Part shown: positions 11,501 to 24,866 of the stretch, in pieces
Numbering within the stretch: position 1 is the first letter of the stretch
How the letters are laid out: every line of letters starts with the position of its first letter
Notes under the pieces: generated by a model
Told to the model about the DNA's origin: nothing
Seen by the model: only the letters and a program-made list of their open reading frames with translations
Databases searched by the model: none
Translations under genes and position numbers: made by a program
Source of the DNA: Catajapyx aquilonaris
Taxonomy: Eukaryota
Length of the DNA: 34,007 bases
NCBI GenBank assembly: GCA_000934665.2
Contig: JYFJ02004197.1
Coordinates: 1 to 34,007 of the forward strand
Direction: 5' to 3'

Positions 11501-13919
11501 TGAACCGCCGACGCCAACCCACTTCACTCTTTAAAGTGAGAACTAACGTGATTTTGGAGCCAGGAAGGCAGTACATACGCCGAATTTTGTGTGTAGAGGA
11601 ATTATTTTGTGAATGTTTCAACCATTGTATTACTTTTGGGAAATTAGCCAAGCGACATTTTTTTAAGCTGGAACTTCTGATAAGGAGCACAATGTAATGT
11701 GACGTGTGGCTGGTAGCATGTCTTTGTTTTCATTCGAGTGCATCAATGTGTTGAACCCCTTCGGATACGCCTACGTTCTAAGAAAGAATGAGCAGTCCGA
11801 CGGCAACTTAATTATTTCTGGAGCGGATGCAATATGTTTGAAGTAACTGCTGCATCCCATTTTGATCCAAAATAAAGTGATGCCAGCAGCTGCATATTCT
11901 AAAATGCAAATATGACCAGGCCGACTAGCAACTAAGCCCTAAAGTAATGAGCCCACCTGCATTCTCGCTTATTGTGGCGGGATTTCCATAAGGGAAAAAT
12001 CAAAGGAAAAAGTTGGCTGGGGAGTTCGTTTCCCCCAAGGCGATTTTTTGGTTCATATAATAATTTTTTTAAAAAAAAGTAAGCTCCGTCGCGGGAGGAA
12101 GAAAAATCAGGGTCTATTGTTGATCGATCTGTAGGAGAAGAGATCTGTATAGATATAGATGTATGAGAAAAAGGATTTGTTTCTGGTGACTCGTCCCTGA
12201 GAAATCCGATGCGAGCTGGGGAAATTCCGGAAACCCCGGCGGGTTGAGCTTGTCATGAGGAATTTTGGCGTTTTTGAAAAGCGCCAACTTTGGCAAGGGG
12301 GCAGTGTAGGCATATCACTCTCTCCGCCCCCTCCTCTCCCCAACTCCCTATACCTACCCTTCCCCCTACTCTATTTTTCCACTCGGTTTGATTGTGCTGT
12401 GTTGGATTTGAGTCGGTTGAGAATTTCGTATCGGCAGTTTCAGCGTTACTGGTTTTGTATGTTTTTTTTTAAGGGAAAAGGGAGCTGGCTTATCGTGTCA
12501 AAGTAGGCATGATTTTTATGTGGTTTTTTTCTATTCCACTGTGTTGATTTATAATGGTGTTGCTGGAGCGTCATATCAAGTGCAGGGGGAAAAAAGGGCC
12601 GGATTGTGTGGTGGAAAACCTGACCTTGAATATCCTGTGGGATATGCGCGGTGTAAAGCAGGAGTAATGCGGGTTATATACAGGTTAGGATAAAAAAAAA
12701 TGTAGCGGTATTTCTAGTTGTGCTCTCAGGGGTTCAGATTGTATAACCCATTTTTTTTTTGTTTCAGGGGGAAAAAAAACTTACATATATTCCGGAAAGC
12801 TAGTTTTGGACGGTTGAACTGGGTTTTTCTTGTCTGGATTCCGGCCTGCTTTTGTCTGATGGGCTCAAACGATTAAGTTGGCATCAACTTTCCTGCTGGC
12901 CAGAAAGAACAGTTTTACCAGTCTAGACCAAAGTTTCTTTTTTAACGTCTTAAGATTTTTTGGCGCTGTGACCGACACTTGGCCATGCAGAATTTATTTT
13001 TCTCCTGAAGTCTAGCTCCTTACTGGCATTGACACACATCCACAACGTTGTGCCAAAAAAAAAAAAAATCCAACACACTGACTAGAATGTTAGCACCATT
13101 AGTTCCGACCGTATCATCACCTTGAATCCCTCTCGCATATGAGCGTAATTAGCAGGTGCTGGCACATGATTTTACGTGTATTCAGCATGTGTAAAATCCC
13201 GTCACACATAGCTGGGACCATTTTTTTTACATCGCTTTTTTGCGAGATGTGCAGTCTGCGGTTGAAATCCCCTAGCAGCTGACCGCTAAAACCGGGTTGA
13301 TATCATGTCGCTTCGTTGCTGACACATGAGTCACTCCCGGATGCCAAAGTTTGACTGGGAAAAACAGAGATCGGTACGCCCTGCCAACCCTGCTAAATAT
13401 TAAGGAAGCGACCCAGTACAGGTCAAGGTTCACATCCGTGAAATCGAGTTGACATAATTGGATAATCCAAATGAGCTGCATTGAGCTGGAATTCAATTTT
13501 ACGGGGATGCGAAATAAACCCTCTCGCCCGTTGAGCCTTGTATCAATTTGCCAGGTGTGACATTATTGCATGCGCATGGCCATTTTGGCCAGTGGACCTC
13601 CCCAAAAAATGTTCAATTTCCTCCTGTCTTTGGGTGGAAGTTGGTAGGGGTTGCTGAAAATAATAATAATTATGGCTATCAGGAGTCTGAGAGGAGAATA
13701 GGACGCAGTTGGCAGTTTATATGAAGCGATGCGCGCGCCGTTATCTCCCCTAGCGGAAGCGTCGGCGGCACTTCATTTCCGCCGATCCTTTCTCTTCGCT
13801 GTTACAACAGGCTCCTCGGGAGCTCCACGCCTTTCACTCTTGGTCATCAACTCATCGCCATCTCAATGCCAACACAAGCTCTCGGCAACACCTTTTTTTT
13901 ATCACCGTGGAACGGTCGG

Positions 13920-13934
13920 TACAGGGTGTTCCAG
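13920..13934 (+). mobile_element. Solo TIR fragment related to the 8356-8513 MITE
   Basis: TA+CAGGGTGTTCCAG is identical to the first 15 nt (TSD plus TIR) of the MITE. No matching right end is visible. Confidence 0.4.
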
Positions 13935-16900
13935 CATCAACAAAGAAAGGGTGCTGTCAGATTATGTAAATGTACGAAAAATTCCCACTGTTTCGATACA
14001 CTTAATGCATTCAAATATTGTGTGCAGGCTTGATTTGTGAATTCTTCGGGACTGCTGAGTCAGACAAATGTTTGGGATGGAAGAAACGTTCGCAAATAGT
14101 TCTGGGAGAAAAGGAGCGTGGCGGCCAAGAATTTTGCTTCGGTTCTTTGGTTGATTGACCATCGATCTGCCGGGACCCACTCTCGGAGGTATCCACAGAG
14201 ATAGAGAAGCCACGCTGTAGACGTTCGATTCAATTTCTAGCAATACTGGAAAAGGAATCGAAAATTTGGGGAACGGTTTGCCGGAAGAGAAAGGGAGGTA
14301 AATAACCCATTTCACGCAAATCAGCCGTCAAAGAAAGCCCTTCTTCGGCAGAGTCAACGAACACGCTTCGGGACACAACCCATCTAGTACGTATCGGCAT
14401 GCGGTAATTTGCAGAAACAATGCCCGGTACATTGTGCAGGGTATTGCGCAACTCATTGCATAATATTTTCACACAACGACCTGGCACGTGCCCGGATTTT
14501 CCAAGTAGCATGTTGCTAACTCTGGACACTGCCAAGCCTCACGGAAGAACGAACGAACCTTGGTTGCAAAAGACGAACTTTTGGCGCATAATACCGGTAC
14601 TCTGTGTATAAGCGACAAGCGTTGGAAAGGTTGCAAAAATGCGAGCAGTGTTCTCTTTGGGACCATGATCCTTGTAGGCGTCTGGAAATAGCTGGCAGGT
14701 CGCATTGAGAAGGGGCAACGGAGCTCGACCGCCGATGCTATAACCGCACACACGTGTTCACCTCCCATCACATAACGCACATGCACGTGCACACACACAC
14801 ACTGCCTGTCAAACGCGCCAGTCCGTCGCGCTCCAGAGGACGTCTCACCCCCTACGTTTCCAGGTTCAGCTCTTTTCTAACTGAGCACCGCTTTTTCTGG
14901 AAGGGTAAAAGAGCTTCACACAAACGGGGATCGCCAACATACCGTCTCGCTGGGGTACCAAGGACGTGGATACCATGTTACGTACCGTACGCCAAATACT
15001 GAGCCCGGGTTTCATTATCAAATGAAGCTGCGACACGTCAGGTAACGAAATTATGATGGCCTCGTGTGCAGTTATCCGCAATAGGCTGCATGGCGGTATG
15101 CAATCACATCATATTGCTATTTTGGAGAGCGATGGTGGAGGGTGATAATGGTTTGTTGTACACTGAAGTAGAATAATTTTTTACGAAGCATTTGCCGCGA
15201 AGATTTTTTTTAATGTCTTTAGCTATAGGGCTGTGTGAGAACAGTCACGGTTGCTAAAATATTATTACGTAGATAATAGATAATTGCTGTTGAATGTAGT
15301 ACTCCGCCGTGCATGCACTATTGTATCGCAATGGCGAGTGACATGATGTTTTTGGTAGGGCTATATATTAGTACAGTACAGGAAAAGACTCGAATAGTGA
15401 TATTACGATTACGAAATAATTGCTGTTTTACATTTGTGCCGTGTGGCATAATCCTTTGAGTTTCCTTGAGGTCTCATTATTTTATGCAAAACAGGTTGAG
15501 CTCCAGTGCCTTAAATGATTTTGACCTTGACACCGAGACCACAATCCGTGAAAGAGTATGTTAGTACTGTTTGTGCACTGACAAGTGAGTGCCGACATAA
15601 TTTTAGTACAGTAATGCAATTTTCCCAGCTGTGCGCCACCTTGTGCCTTTCCGGCTCTAAATGGGCGAATCTAATTTGGACGACGAGTTGTTAGTCCCAA
15701 TAGTTTGCAACTATGATTTGTTCCCGGAAGAAAAGGAGTGAACATATGCAAATGTGTCATCTGAAAGGCTGCCGGAAGCAATGGGCGAATTCCCCCCATT
15801 GTTTCTCAGAAACAAGTACAGATTGGGGCAGGTTGAGAAAGGAACCACCAGGACGAAAGGGGAGGTAATCTGGTTAACTTGAAAGTGCTAGGAAATACTT
15901 GTCGGACCTAAATCCAATTCGGAACTTCAGTGGCGTTTAGGAAACAGCTACGGTGCAATATGGCCTACATTCGAGTCAAAAAAATTGACCGGGTTTTGAC
16001 CAAGTTTGCCCAGGTCCCAGATTTTTTCCCGGAGCTATGTATTATATTGCAGATATTGTGAAAACAAAAATAACTGTGATGCAACTTTGGCCTAGACCCA
16101 AGATGGCTGCTGCCAGTGGCGGCTGAAATACAGTGATGCCACATTGGCGTCGGAGTTGGTAGGAATTAGGAGACCTGCGATGCATACATTAGGCATTGGG
16201 TCGGTCTTGGGGATTGTTTTCGCTAGTCTGATTAATTCCGAAAGGGCGGAAGGATCTAGTTGCGTCACGCTGGCTTTCTGCAACTTTACGAGCCGCACTT
16301 AGCTCTTCATGCCCCCAGACCTCTCATTTTTTTTTTTGTGAAAGGAAGGATTCTACTCCTTCTGAACTTGCAGGAAGTAATTAGGCCTGGAAATGAGGAT
16401 TTGTGTCAGTTAAACGCGGGAGAAGTAGGAAATTTCGTTCCCAAAGTAAGGGGAGGAAAAGGGAAAAGGACTTGCGCCTGTCGCCAAAATCCATTCTCCG
16501 TTTTATTCCGCTGCATTGATCCACTTTTCCTCAACATTCTTGCCTCGAAACTGAATTGCTGCCTGTTATTCTCCTAGAATCTGTTTTCCTTCTGACTCAC
16601 TTTTCAAGTATCTACTCAGCAAGCTTACCCAATAAGAGGTCGGGGACCAAGTGTTTCCCTATTCTTCCATCCCTCTATCTGGGTGGAATGACATGCCAGG
16701 CACATTTTTCATAGCCATTACTGGAGGTAACGAGAGATACGGAACATAACTCAAAATAAGTGCCGCCGGGGACATTGTCAGCTGCGGAATTTTAGCTGCC
16801 GGCTAAGTTATGTGGGCCAATAAAAAAATAGGTGTTGAACAACAAACCTTCATCGATTTCAATTCAGGACTGTGATTTTTTTTTGATAGGGTTGGATCTG

Positions 16901-19900
16901 CCATATTTATCCTGCTCGAGTCCAGCAGGGCGTGAATGCCACAAACTCAAGTCCTCGGTTGAATAATCACCATTATTCCGACAAGTGCAGGACCTACGCA
17001 TGAATACTCATGCGTGCAGACGTAGCCCCCAACACAAAAATACAGCTTCAGGCTGTAAAACTGTGTCCAAACGTTGATCTTGGCGTGTGCATCCGACTGT
17101 GCAGTGATGAACGTGGCGACACGCAAAAAAAAAAAATGTGTCATCGGGCTTCATGTGTCACGCCATTTGCACAAGGAAGCTCCATAGTAAACTGCAGCTT
17201 GCATTCTCTTATTACATTTTTTTTTTTCATATCGTGACACTCGTCATCTGTGTGTCATCGAGGTCAGCAACCGTGTTTGTTCGGCAATATGATCCGTTTT
17301 GTATGAAAGGGGCAAATGGGCACTTGACGTGACGGAACATTCGGTTTAACGACTTGGAGGAAAAAGTAAACACGAAACTAATGAAGTAGGGGGACTTCTT
17401 TTAGGACGGTTCAGGTTGGTACGGCTCGTTTTTGTTTTTTTACTGCGCACTAAATTATCCTAGATCTGAAAAGGTCATTTTGCTGATCCGTACGTATGAG
17501 TGATGTCCAACCAGGTTATAAACGCGACATGTGCGCATTTAGTGACAAATTATTAGTTTTGAAATAATTATGGACCTCGGTGTGGATGAATTATGGACAT
17601 TAGCCATCTGGCAAATTAGGTGCGTCCCATTGCATAACTGCAGGTAATTATAATATGTCACGACGTACTTCCACGTACTTAAAAAAAAAAAGGGCCAGTC
17701 TGTAAGATAGAGTAATGAGCCGCCCATCTTCATTACCAGCCGTTAATCCATCGAAACACCCGTGACCTTTGACTCCACGTCTTTTTACGGCGTTTGCTTC
17801 TGGCGGCAACTCATTTGGAAAATTGCACTTTTATATTCTCCGAGGCCGTAGCAGTGGCCTGCTCTTGCTACTTTTCCACCCAGAAAAAAAAGAGGGCGCT
17901 CAAGACGAAGAAAGGAGAAAAAAAGGACGATTCTTGCATTCCGGAGGGCAGTTGGGGTCCGGGACACGTGGTCCATAAATCGCCAGCAGCTGCACTGCCA
18001 CTGATTAGCAATTAGGACAAATGGCAGTTCCGGCCTCCCAGACCATTACCTCGCCAAAAAGAGAAGGAAAAAAAGGAAAAAATGGAGGAAAAAATATATG
18101 AGAAGGGGCACGGATTATATTCCTTGAAGTACGGAAATTAATGAGGATATCATAAGCATGTTGCGGGCGGTGTATATATAAAGCGAGCGCCATTTTGGGA
18201 GCCCCCTGTTAAGCCTCTGGAAGATTTTGCCAAAAGGTCGTTTGTCTCACTGGATCAACTCCAGAAGCCTGGGTGCAATTTGCGTATATCTCAACTATAC
18301 CGCGGTTTTCGCAGGAAACTTCAGCGGTACTGTGGGGGATATAGCGGCATGTTGCGTATATAACCAGATTAATGGAGATGGAACAAGATGGGAGGAGGCT
18401 TGATTCGCCACCAGGGAAAGAATCTCCAGGATTTTTGTTTACCGGATTTTCTGGGAAGGGAAATTTTTTTTGAGGAGGAATTTTTGCTGGGAGGCAAAAT
18501 GGCAACTGCGGTGCTGCGTGGCGACGACAGGCCGACAGTATTGGTTCTTGGTTGGTGACAGGGCCTCCTTAATTAGTTTTAGGGGGAGCCCTTAGGCTGA
18601 CAGCCGAAGGAAAAGTGAGATCCACCCCACAAGAAAAGACCAATTTTAGTTGAAATTGACCTTGTCGTAACAGTATAGAACTGTAACATTGTTGCTAACT
18701 TACTGCCCAGGTTTATGCAACCGAATATGTTCAAGGACTGAACTGATTGGCAATAATGACCCCTTGGTCAAATTTGTTAGATGCTGGATCTAAACCAAAT
18801 TATATTCACGGATCTAATGAAATAAGACGGGCGGGATCCCGAAGGATTTTGAAGAGTCCCAATTAGGCTGGCTGCCCGTAGAGACTTGGATGGTAAGAAG
18901 GAGTGCATGGGGATAAAGACCAACATTCCAGATTCAATTAGAAGTGGGTAACTGGGTGGAAATGAGCCCCAGTCGGCGTCCTCTTCAATTCAGAGCCAAG
19001 GTCTTAGCGCCGACTCTAATTGGCTCAAGTGGACCTCTCGGAAGCACATGACCTCCGATGCCTTGTTTTTCAAGCTCATTTTCGCCCCCTTGCACTCAGG
19101 GCAAGCCCACCCCAATTCCGAGGAATTGCTTGCTGCTTTCATAATGTCACAATGTCAACAACGCCTTGCAAGGATTTCTTTTTTTGTCATCTTTTTCTAG
19201 GCAGCGATGCGCGAAGAGTACCGGGAGATTTGGTGCGAAAATTTGTAGTTTCGGAGTGGTAAGAGGCGCCTTTCTAGGACTTTCTAACCGCTGTTTGTGT
19301 TGGGCGGCACTTTTTACCAGAAAGTGTGAATTGCGGAAGTTACATGTCGGTGCATGATTTGTAGGTACGATTATTACGTGGCTTTATATGGAGTTGTTGC
19401 CATGTGCTACTTTGTTTTAGGTTGTATTTACAAAAATATGTTTTTCAGGAGAAGCATTACATAATATGCATCTTTCACTCATTGACGTCAGACGCAACGA
19501 AGGACGTGACAGGAGAGCAGTGCAAATCTTGGTCTCTATAGCACAGCTTCTCAACGCTGCACATCATCTGGGGCCTACATTTCCTAGTTATATTTCCGGA
19601 TATTTGCCATGCCGCCTACCACGGGATCTTTTTAGTAATTAATATTTTTAGTGGGTGATGTAGACGTAAGGTGTAAGTCTTTGCCCCGTTTACGTCATTC
19701 ATAACCAAATATAAACCTGTTTACAGGCATTGTCTTGTCAGCTTGATGAATGAGTAGCCAGATTCGGGCAAACTAAAGCCACGTTTAGGAAGTGAAGACC
19801 TTGAGACTTTGGATCGGCAGGGCATGAATAAGCGCATAGAGCAACCACGAAGTGATGGACTGCTGGGAACACTTGTGAAGAAAAGCAGCTTTTGCGGTTC

Positions 19901-22900
19901 ACTGTGGGAATGGAAGGAGCTGAGAGTAATGAACCTAGAGGGACATAAATCCAGCTAGATGTGCGTGCCAATAATTCCTGGAATTGTCTCAAGACCCAAA
20001 AAAATACTGCCCGCTATCAAATATTTTTTTCCCCTCATTTTTTTAGAGGATGGTGCAGATATGGTGTCTTTCTTATGACGCCCGATACCAAGTTTCTCCA
20101 ACTCAAACTTCATCTGGCAACGCGATTACGCCACTCGCAGCTAACTAGGTGCGGCACCCGCAAAAACTAACCATATTAATCACACCCAGGCCACTGACAG
20201 CAGTTATTTTTTTTGCTCCCATAAAAAGCCAGCGGGCTTAGAAGTCGTGTCCTAGTAACATCCACGCAGTAATAGGATCGCAATAGCACGTGATAATAAA
20301 TACGCTGCTTGAATGAACAGTCTGTTTATCCTAGGAGTATATGCAACAACACCCATGTTCACCAGGCTGTGTATCCGGCAGGGGCGGGTATAGCAACAAT
20401 GAAAATGCTCAGATTTGAAGCAAATGCACGTTGCTTATCCTCGCAACATAATTGCTGGATATTGTCCTGTCGAGAGGATGAAGCGGGTTGTCAGGGAGCA
20501 GATGAGCTTGAGTGACATGAGGGTAGGAGCACAAATCGCTTCAACTTCCATCAACCCGTCATAACTCGACAGAAAGTGCGAAGGAGCGGGTTACACGACA
20601 GTGACTGGAATTAAGAACCGGATTTTTCTTGCTATGGTCTTCACATAGAGATGATGCGCCCCTTTTTATCACCAGACGTGCAGAGTGTGGTGATATGATG
20701 ATTAAAAGGGATTAGACACTTTGAAGGTACACCCTGTACATGGTCGTTCCCGCCCAAAATGTGCGACCATGCACAAACGCGAATCGATAGCGAAAGGCTG
20801 GAAAAAAGGACCATTCCTCCGTTCTTCGCCTCATAATTCATCCGAACTTCGTGCGAGCTAGAGAAGAAGGGGCCACCTGCGCCATTTCCTTATCTCTCAT
20901 TGATGATTTCCTATCTGGGCTCCACAATTTAATGGACACCTTCTTCTTGGGGGCCACCGTGCAAGCAGATTCATTTCTAGAGGGCGGCCATTTTGACCTC
21001 TGGATGGGAACTGGGTCAACTGCTGTTACCCATCTCTTGAAACAGTAAACACGTATTTATGTGGTAGTTGTGGGGGAATTCGAGAAACAAGGAGATAAAT
21101 CAATGTGAAGCTTTTCTTGCGCCTGGCAGTGCAATTACGGGGAGCGTACAAAAAAGTAATTAAACTCCATTTATTCACGTGCAGAGACAATAGAGCGAGC
21201 GGAACATGGAAAAATTGGCTTACAGCACAGTATAAGGGAGGTGCTAACCGATACAACGCACCATATTTCATCTCAACAGGAGATAAATTAATTTACATTG
21301 TTAGTTTGCTGCTTTTTTTCACGCAATCCTCTAGTATTTGGCAAACTGAATATTTCCAACACTGCACTGGTTAGAAATAAGATACGCACTTGCTTTATAT
21401 AAAGTTGTGTAATTCCTTCATATGAAATGCTTGGCGGTGATGATGATTAGAGTAGCCTGAACATTTTATGCGCTCATTTTTTATGCGATTACAAAGACAT
21501 TAACGGAAACGAAGCCGTAACCTTGCGCGAATCTACATTTTATTACTGGAGGAAGCGAAATGAGGGTATGATGGGAAGTAAAGTGGACCAAGAGCAGGTT
21601 ATGAACGCTTAGCCGCATGTATAACAGAAAGGTAGACTAGGAATGTTTTCATCAACACTTCTGCTGCCTTGCACCATGTTCACGTACTAAAACACACTCT
21701 GCGTTGGAAGTTCTTCCAATGTCATCACGAACATTTTTTTACTGGTTGTATAAAAAAAAGAGGGAGTCCCCCATGTTTGGTTGGAAATGGATCTTACGGA
21801 GTGTGAAATCGGGAGACTGCAGCAGGCGACACTTTTCGTTTCGCTCCTTGAGTTGTCACGAAAGGTCGCAGATGTCGCCCGGTTTCGACGGTCCGGAAGT
21901 AACGGAATCCAGATTGTGTTCCAGACGATTGTATGCTGCCAGCACACGTGTACGGAGGCTCACGGTTCAGATTCACGTTGGAGAAATGGAATGAAATCAC
22001 GCACTGAAACAGCGGATGAGATTTTTTTTTCTTATTTTTTTGTCTTCTTCTTACTGGGCGTCGTAAACGTTTGAGGCGCGAAGGAGATGTTCCTTTTCTG
22101 TCATGAGACAGAAAGAGGAAGTTTGTGGGAAACGGGCTCGTAAAGAGCAAGGCCCAGTAATAAGTTTAGGGCTGGGACTGGAATTCTCAGGAAGAGCTGC
22201 ATCTGGACCAAATGAAAACTTGTTAGCCCTGAGACCACTTGCGCTCGTTTTGTTCCACCACCTGATTTTCCTTGTTAACGTTGTAGCGCTCAAAACATCG
22301 CTGTCCGACAAACAATCCTAAGCCGGTACTTACATTGTCTTGGTTTGGTTTCTTTAATTCTTTTAATTTCGGTGTTTGTGTGTTCATGTGAAAAATACAC
22401 AGCAGGGTTCCAGACTGCCCCCATGTAAACCATGGATTTCATTTACATGCATGTAGACGAGAGTAGAATTCCGCATAAATCAAACCGACGCGTTTACATG
22501 GACTGAATTTGTAATTAATCGGAGAGCGGAAATCTGGCTGGGTTTGGGAATATTGCTTGGACCACTAGAGAATATTCAGTGAGGCTACCGCCATAATATT
22601 TTCTTACAAGCTCATCGGAATCATAAAGATGTGCAGTATACTGTAACGGCGCGTTAACGCAGCGGGTGTAATGCATAACGTGGCCATAGAACATAACTTT
22701 CAACTTTTTTGGGTTGTGCGCGCGCGTTTTTGGCACTCTGAAGTTTTATACTGTTCTTCGAAATGGACAAATGCGAATCAATATTTATGAGGCACTTGGG
22801 ACTTCCCCCGCGTTAAAAGTGCGCATTAGGAACTAAAGGGTGATATATTATCCAACGTTATCGATTTTATCGATAGTATGATTTGTACCAGTGGATTACC

Positions 22901-24791
22901 TCCACTGATTTGTAGGAAAGAAATCTACCGAACTTCCGACTGCAGCATAACTTCCTAAAGCTGATTCCTATCAAAGGAAGAGATTAAGAACCAGGATTAA
23001 ACTCTAACCTTTTCTGAACCCAAGCTCGCAAGACATTTAATGACTCGGGCCGGTCCCCTGACGTTTAACGCCGAAATTAAGAGACTGTAAGCGACGTGCG
23101 GACGAAAAAAAAAAGCTGTTCTCTCGACTTGATCGAAAGCACGATGCATTCCTGGAAGCTTGGTCGGAAGTTGCACACATATCTCAGCATGGCAGCATCA
23201 CAGCTGCGGCCAAGACTGCTCTGCTGGTATCGATTGTGTCCGTTGCAGGCTTCCCCGAGTCGCCTTTTCCCAGCCCCTTTTAGGCTTTTGGCTCTGCCGA
23301 AACCCGATCTTGCTCGCCTTTCTAACGACGCCAATTTGTGTTCATGGCCAGGATGGATGAGGTCCACCTAAAGCCAACATATTCCCAGGAGGACTAGTTT
23401 CGTCTCTCTCTCTCTTTCGATCAGCTGATCGCAAGGTCCGCCATCTTTTACTAGAGGTTGCCAGCCAGCGCGGCCCAGACTAATCTCGCCCGCAGGACTT
23501 GCCCCATGCAAAATTCAATCTTGTGGACAGTGTGCAGACTGGAAACCCCCCTAAAGTCATGCATTAGTGAGTACGCGGCGATTTGTGGTGTGTGAACGTT
23601 GTTCTGCTTCGCACCTTACACGTCCGCTCGCTCCAGCAACTACCTTTATTTTTTGAGCAAGTCTGGTTTTAAAACCGTTACTAGGAGCACTGTAAGATTG
23701 AGGACACTCTACATGCGCTGTAAACGCGACGGAATAAACGTCAAGGTTTCCGAAACATATGGTCCTTCAGGGACTGTTTTACGTCCGACGTTGGTCCATA
23801 ATGGTGTATCGTAACAAACGAAATAAAAGTATCATATACATTGCTACATGGGGAAAAAAACTCACAGCACAATATTTGGCTAATTTTTAAAGACGATTTG
23901 GGTCTTAAATTGGGGAAAGATTGACCATTGACATTTTGATCGATCTCTGGATTCGAAAGGGAATTAACATCCCCTATTGGAAATGTCACGTTTTGACCTT
24001 TCCTCCCATCTAGTCGTTTGATAGAGGTGCGTTTAGGTGTGAAATTCTGCGTTTAGCACCACCCCCGTCTGATTGAATCAATACTCGCTGCTAGTTTGTC
24101 CCAACGATTAGCACTTGGCACTTGTTTCCTGCTGTTGCGTCTGGTAAAAGTCTTGTCAGCCAGATCCTGGGGAAGGTATATGAGCTCTGGGCTTGATGAA
24201 TAAAACATGGCGCCTGCTTGCTAGTTGCGACGATTATTTGAAAAGGAAATTAAGGAGCCAAGTTGTGTAGGTAGCTCTTGAAGGGATCATCCCAACGCAG
24301 CAGCCAGAAACGTGCGCAAAAAATATTTTAAAGGACATAAATTCACCTCTTTTTCTATATATGTGCAGTGGGTGGAGCTGAACCCGAGAAAGAGGCAGAA
24401 AATAATGGATCCATTTGGCAACTGTGGGGGGCCCCCCCGAATAAATTTTTCTGCCAGTCTGAAATGAGTTTGAGCCCTTCGGTTTCAGTTCCCCAATTGC
24501 CTCTTTTTGTGAACTTTTTGTGGGACTTGGCGAAAAAAAATAAGGTTTATAAGCTCCGTTCGTGTCAAACTACAACTGGGCGTAGTTTTTGGAAACTGGC
24601 GCAAAAGGAGGGAGGGGTTCTGTTTGAATGTTTTTATTAGTCTGGGAATGGGCCGCGGAAACGGTGTAAGTCTGCGTGATTCTTCAGGAATTGCGACAGA
24701 CCGATTCGTGTGAAAGGTGGGCACGTGGACCGCAGATTCTGCCGATAGTGGTAAACTCAAGGTTGACGTGTTAAGTGACACCCACTGCTTA

Positions 24792-24796
<5 letters not shown>

Positions 24797-24865
<69 letters not shown>
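24797..24865. repeat. (AAT)23 microsatellite
   Basis: Perfect AAT run preceded by one degenerate unit (AATAGT). Source of the poly-I ORFs at 24485-24899. Confidence 0.98.

Positions 24866-24866
<1 letters not shown>

Noticed and set aside
13091..13100. TAGCACCATT matching the 5' end of the miR-29/285 family
   Set aside because: No complementary arm or hairpin nearby, and the rest of the mature sequence does not match.
15775..15805. 11-bp stem-loop GAAGCAATGGG/CCCATTGTTTC
   Set aside because: Isolated short stem with a wobble; a few are expected by chance.
6255..18604. Identical 12-mer TAGGCTGACAGC at 6255 and 18593
   Set aside because: Dozens of repeated 12-mers are expected by chance in 34 kb.
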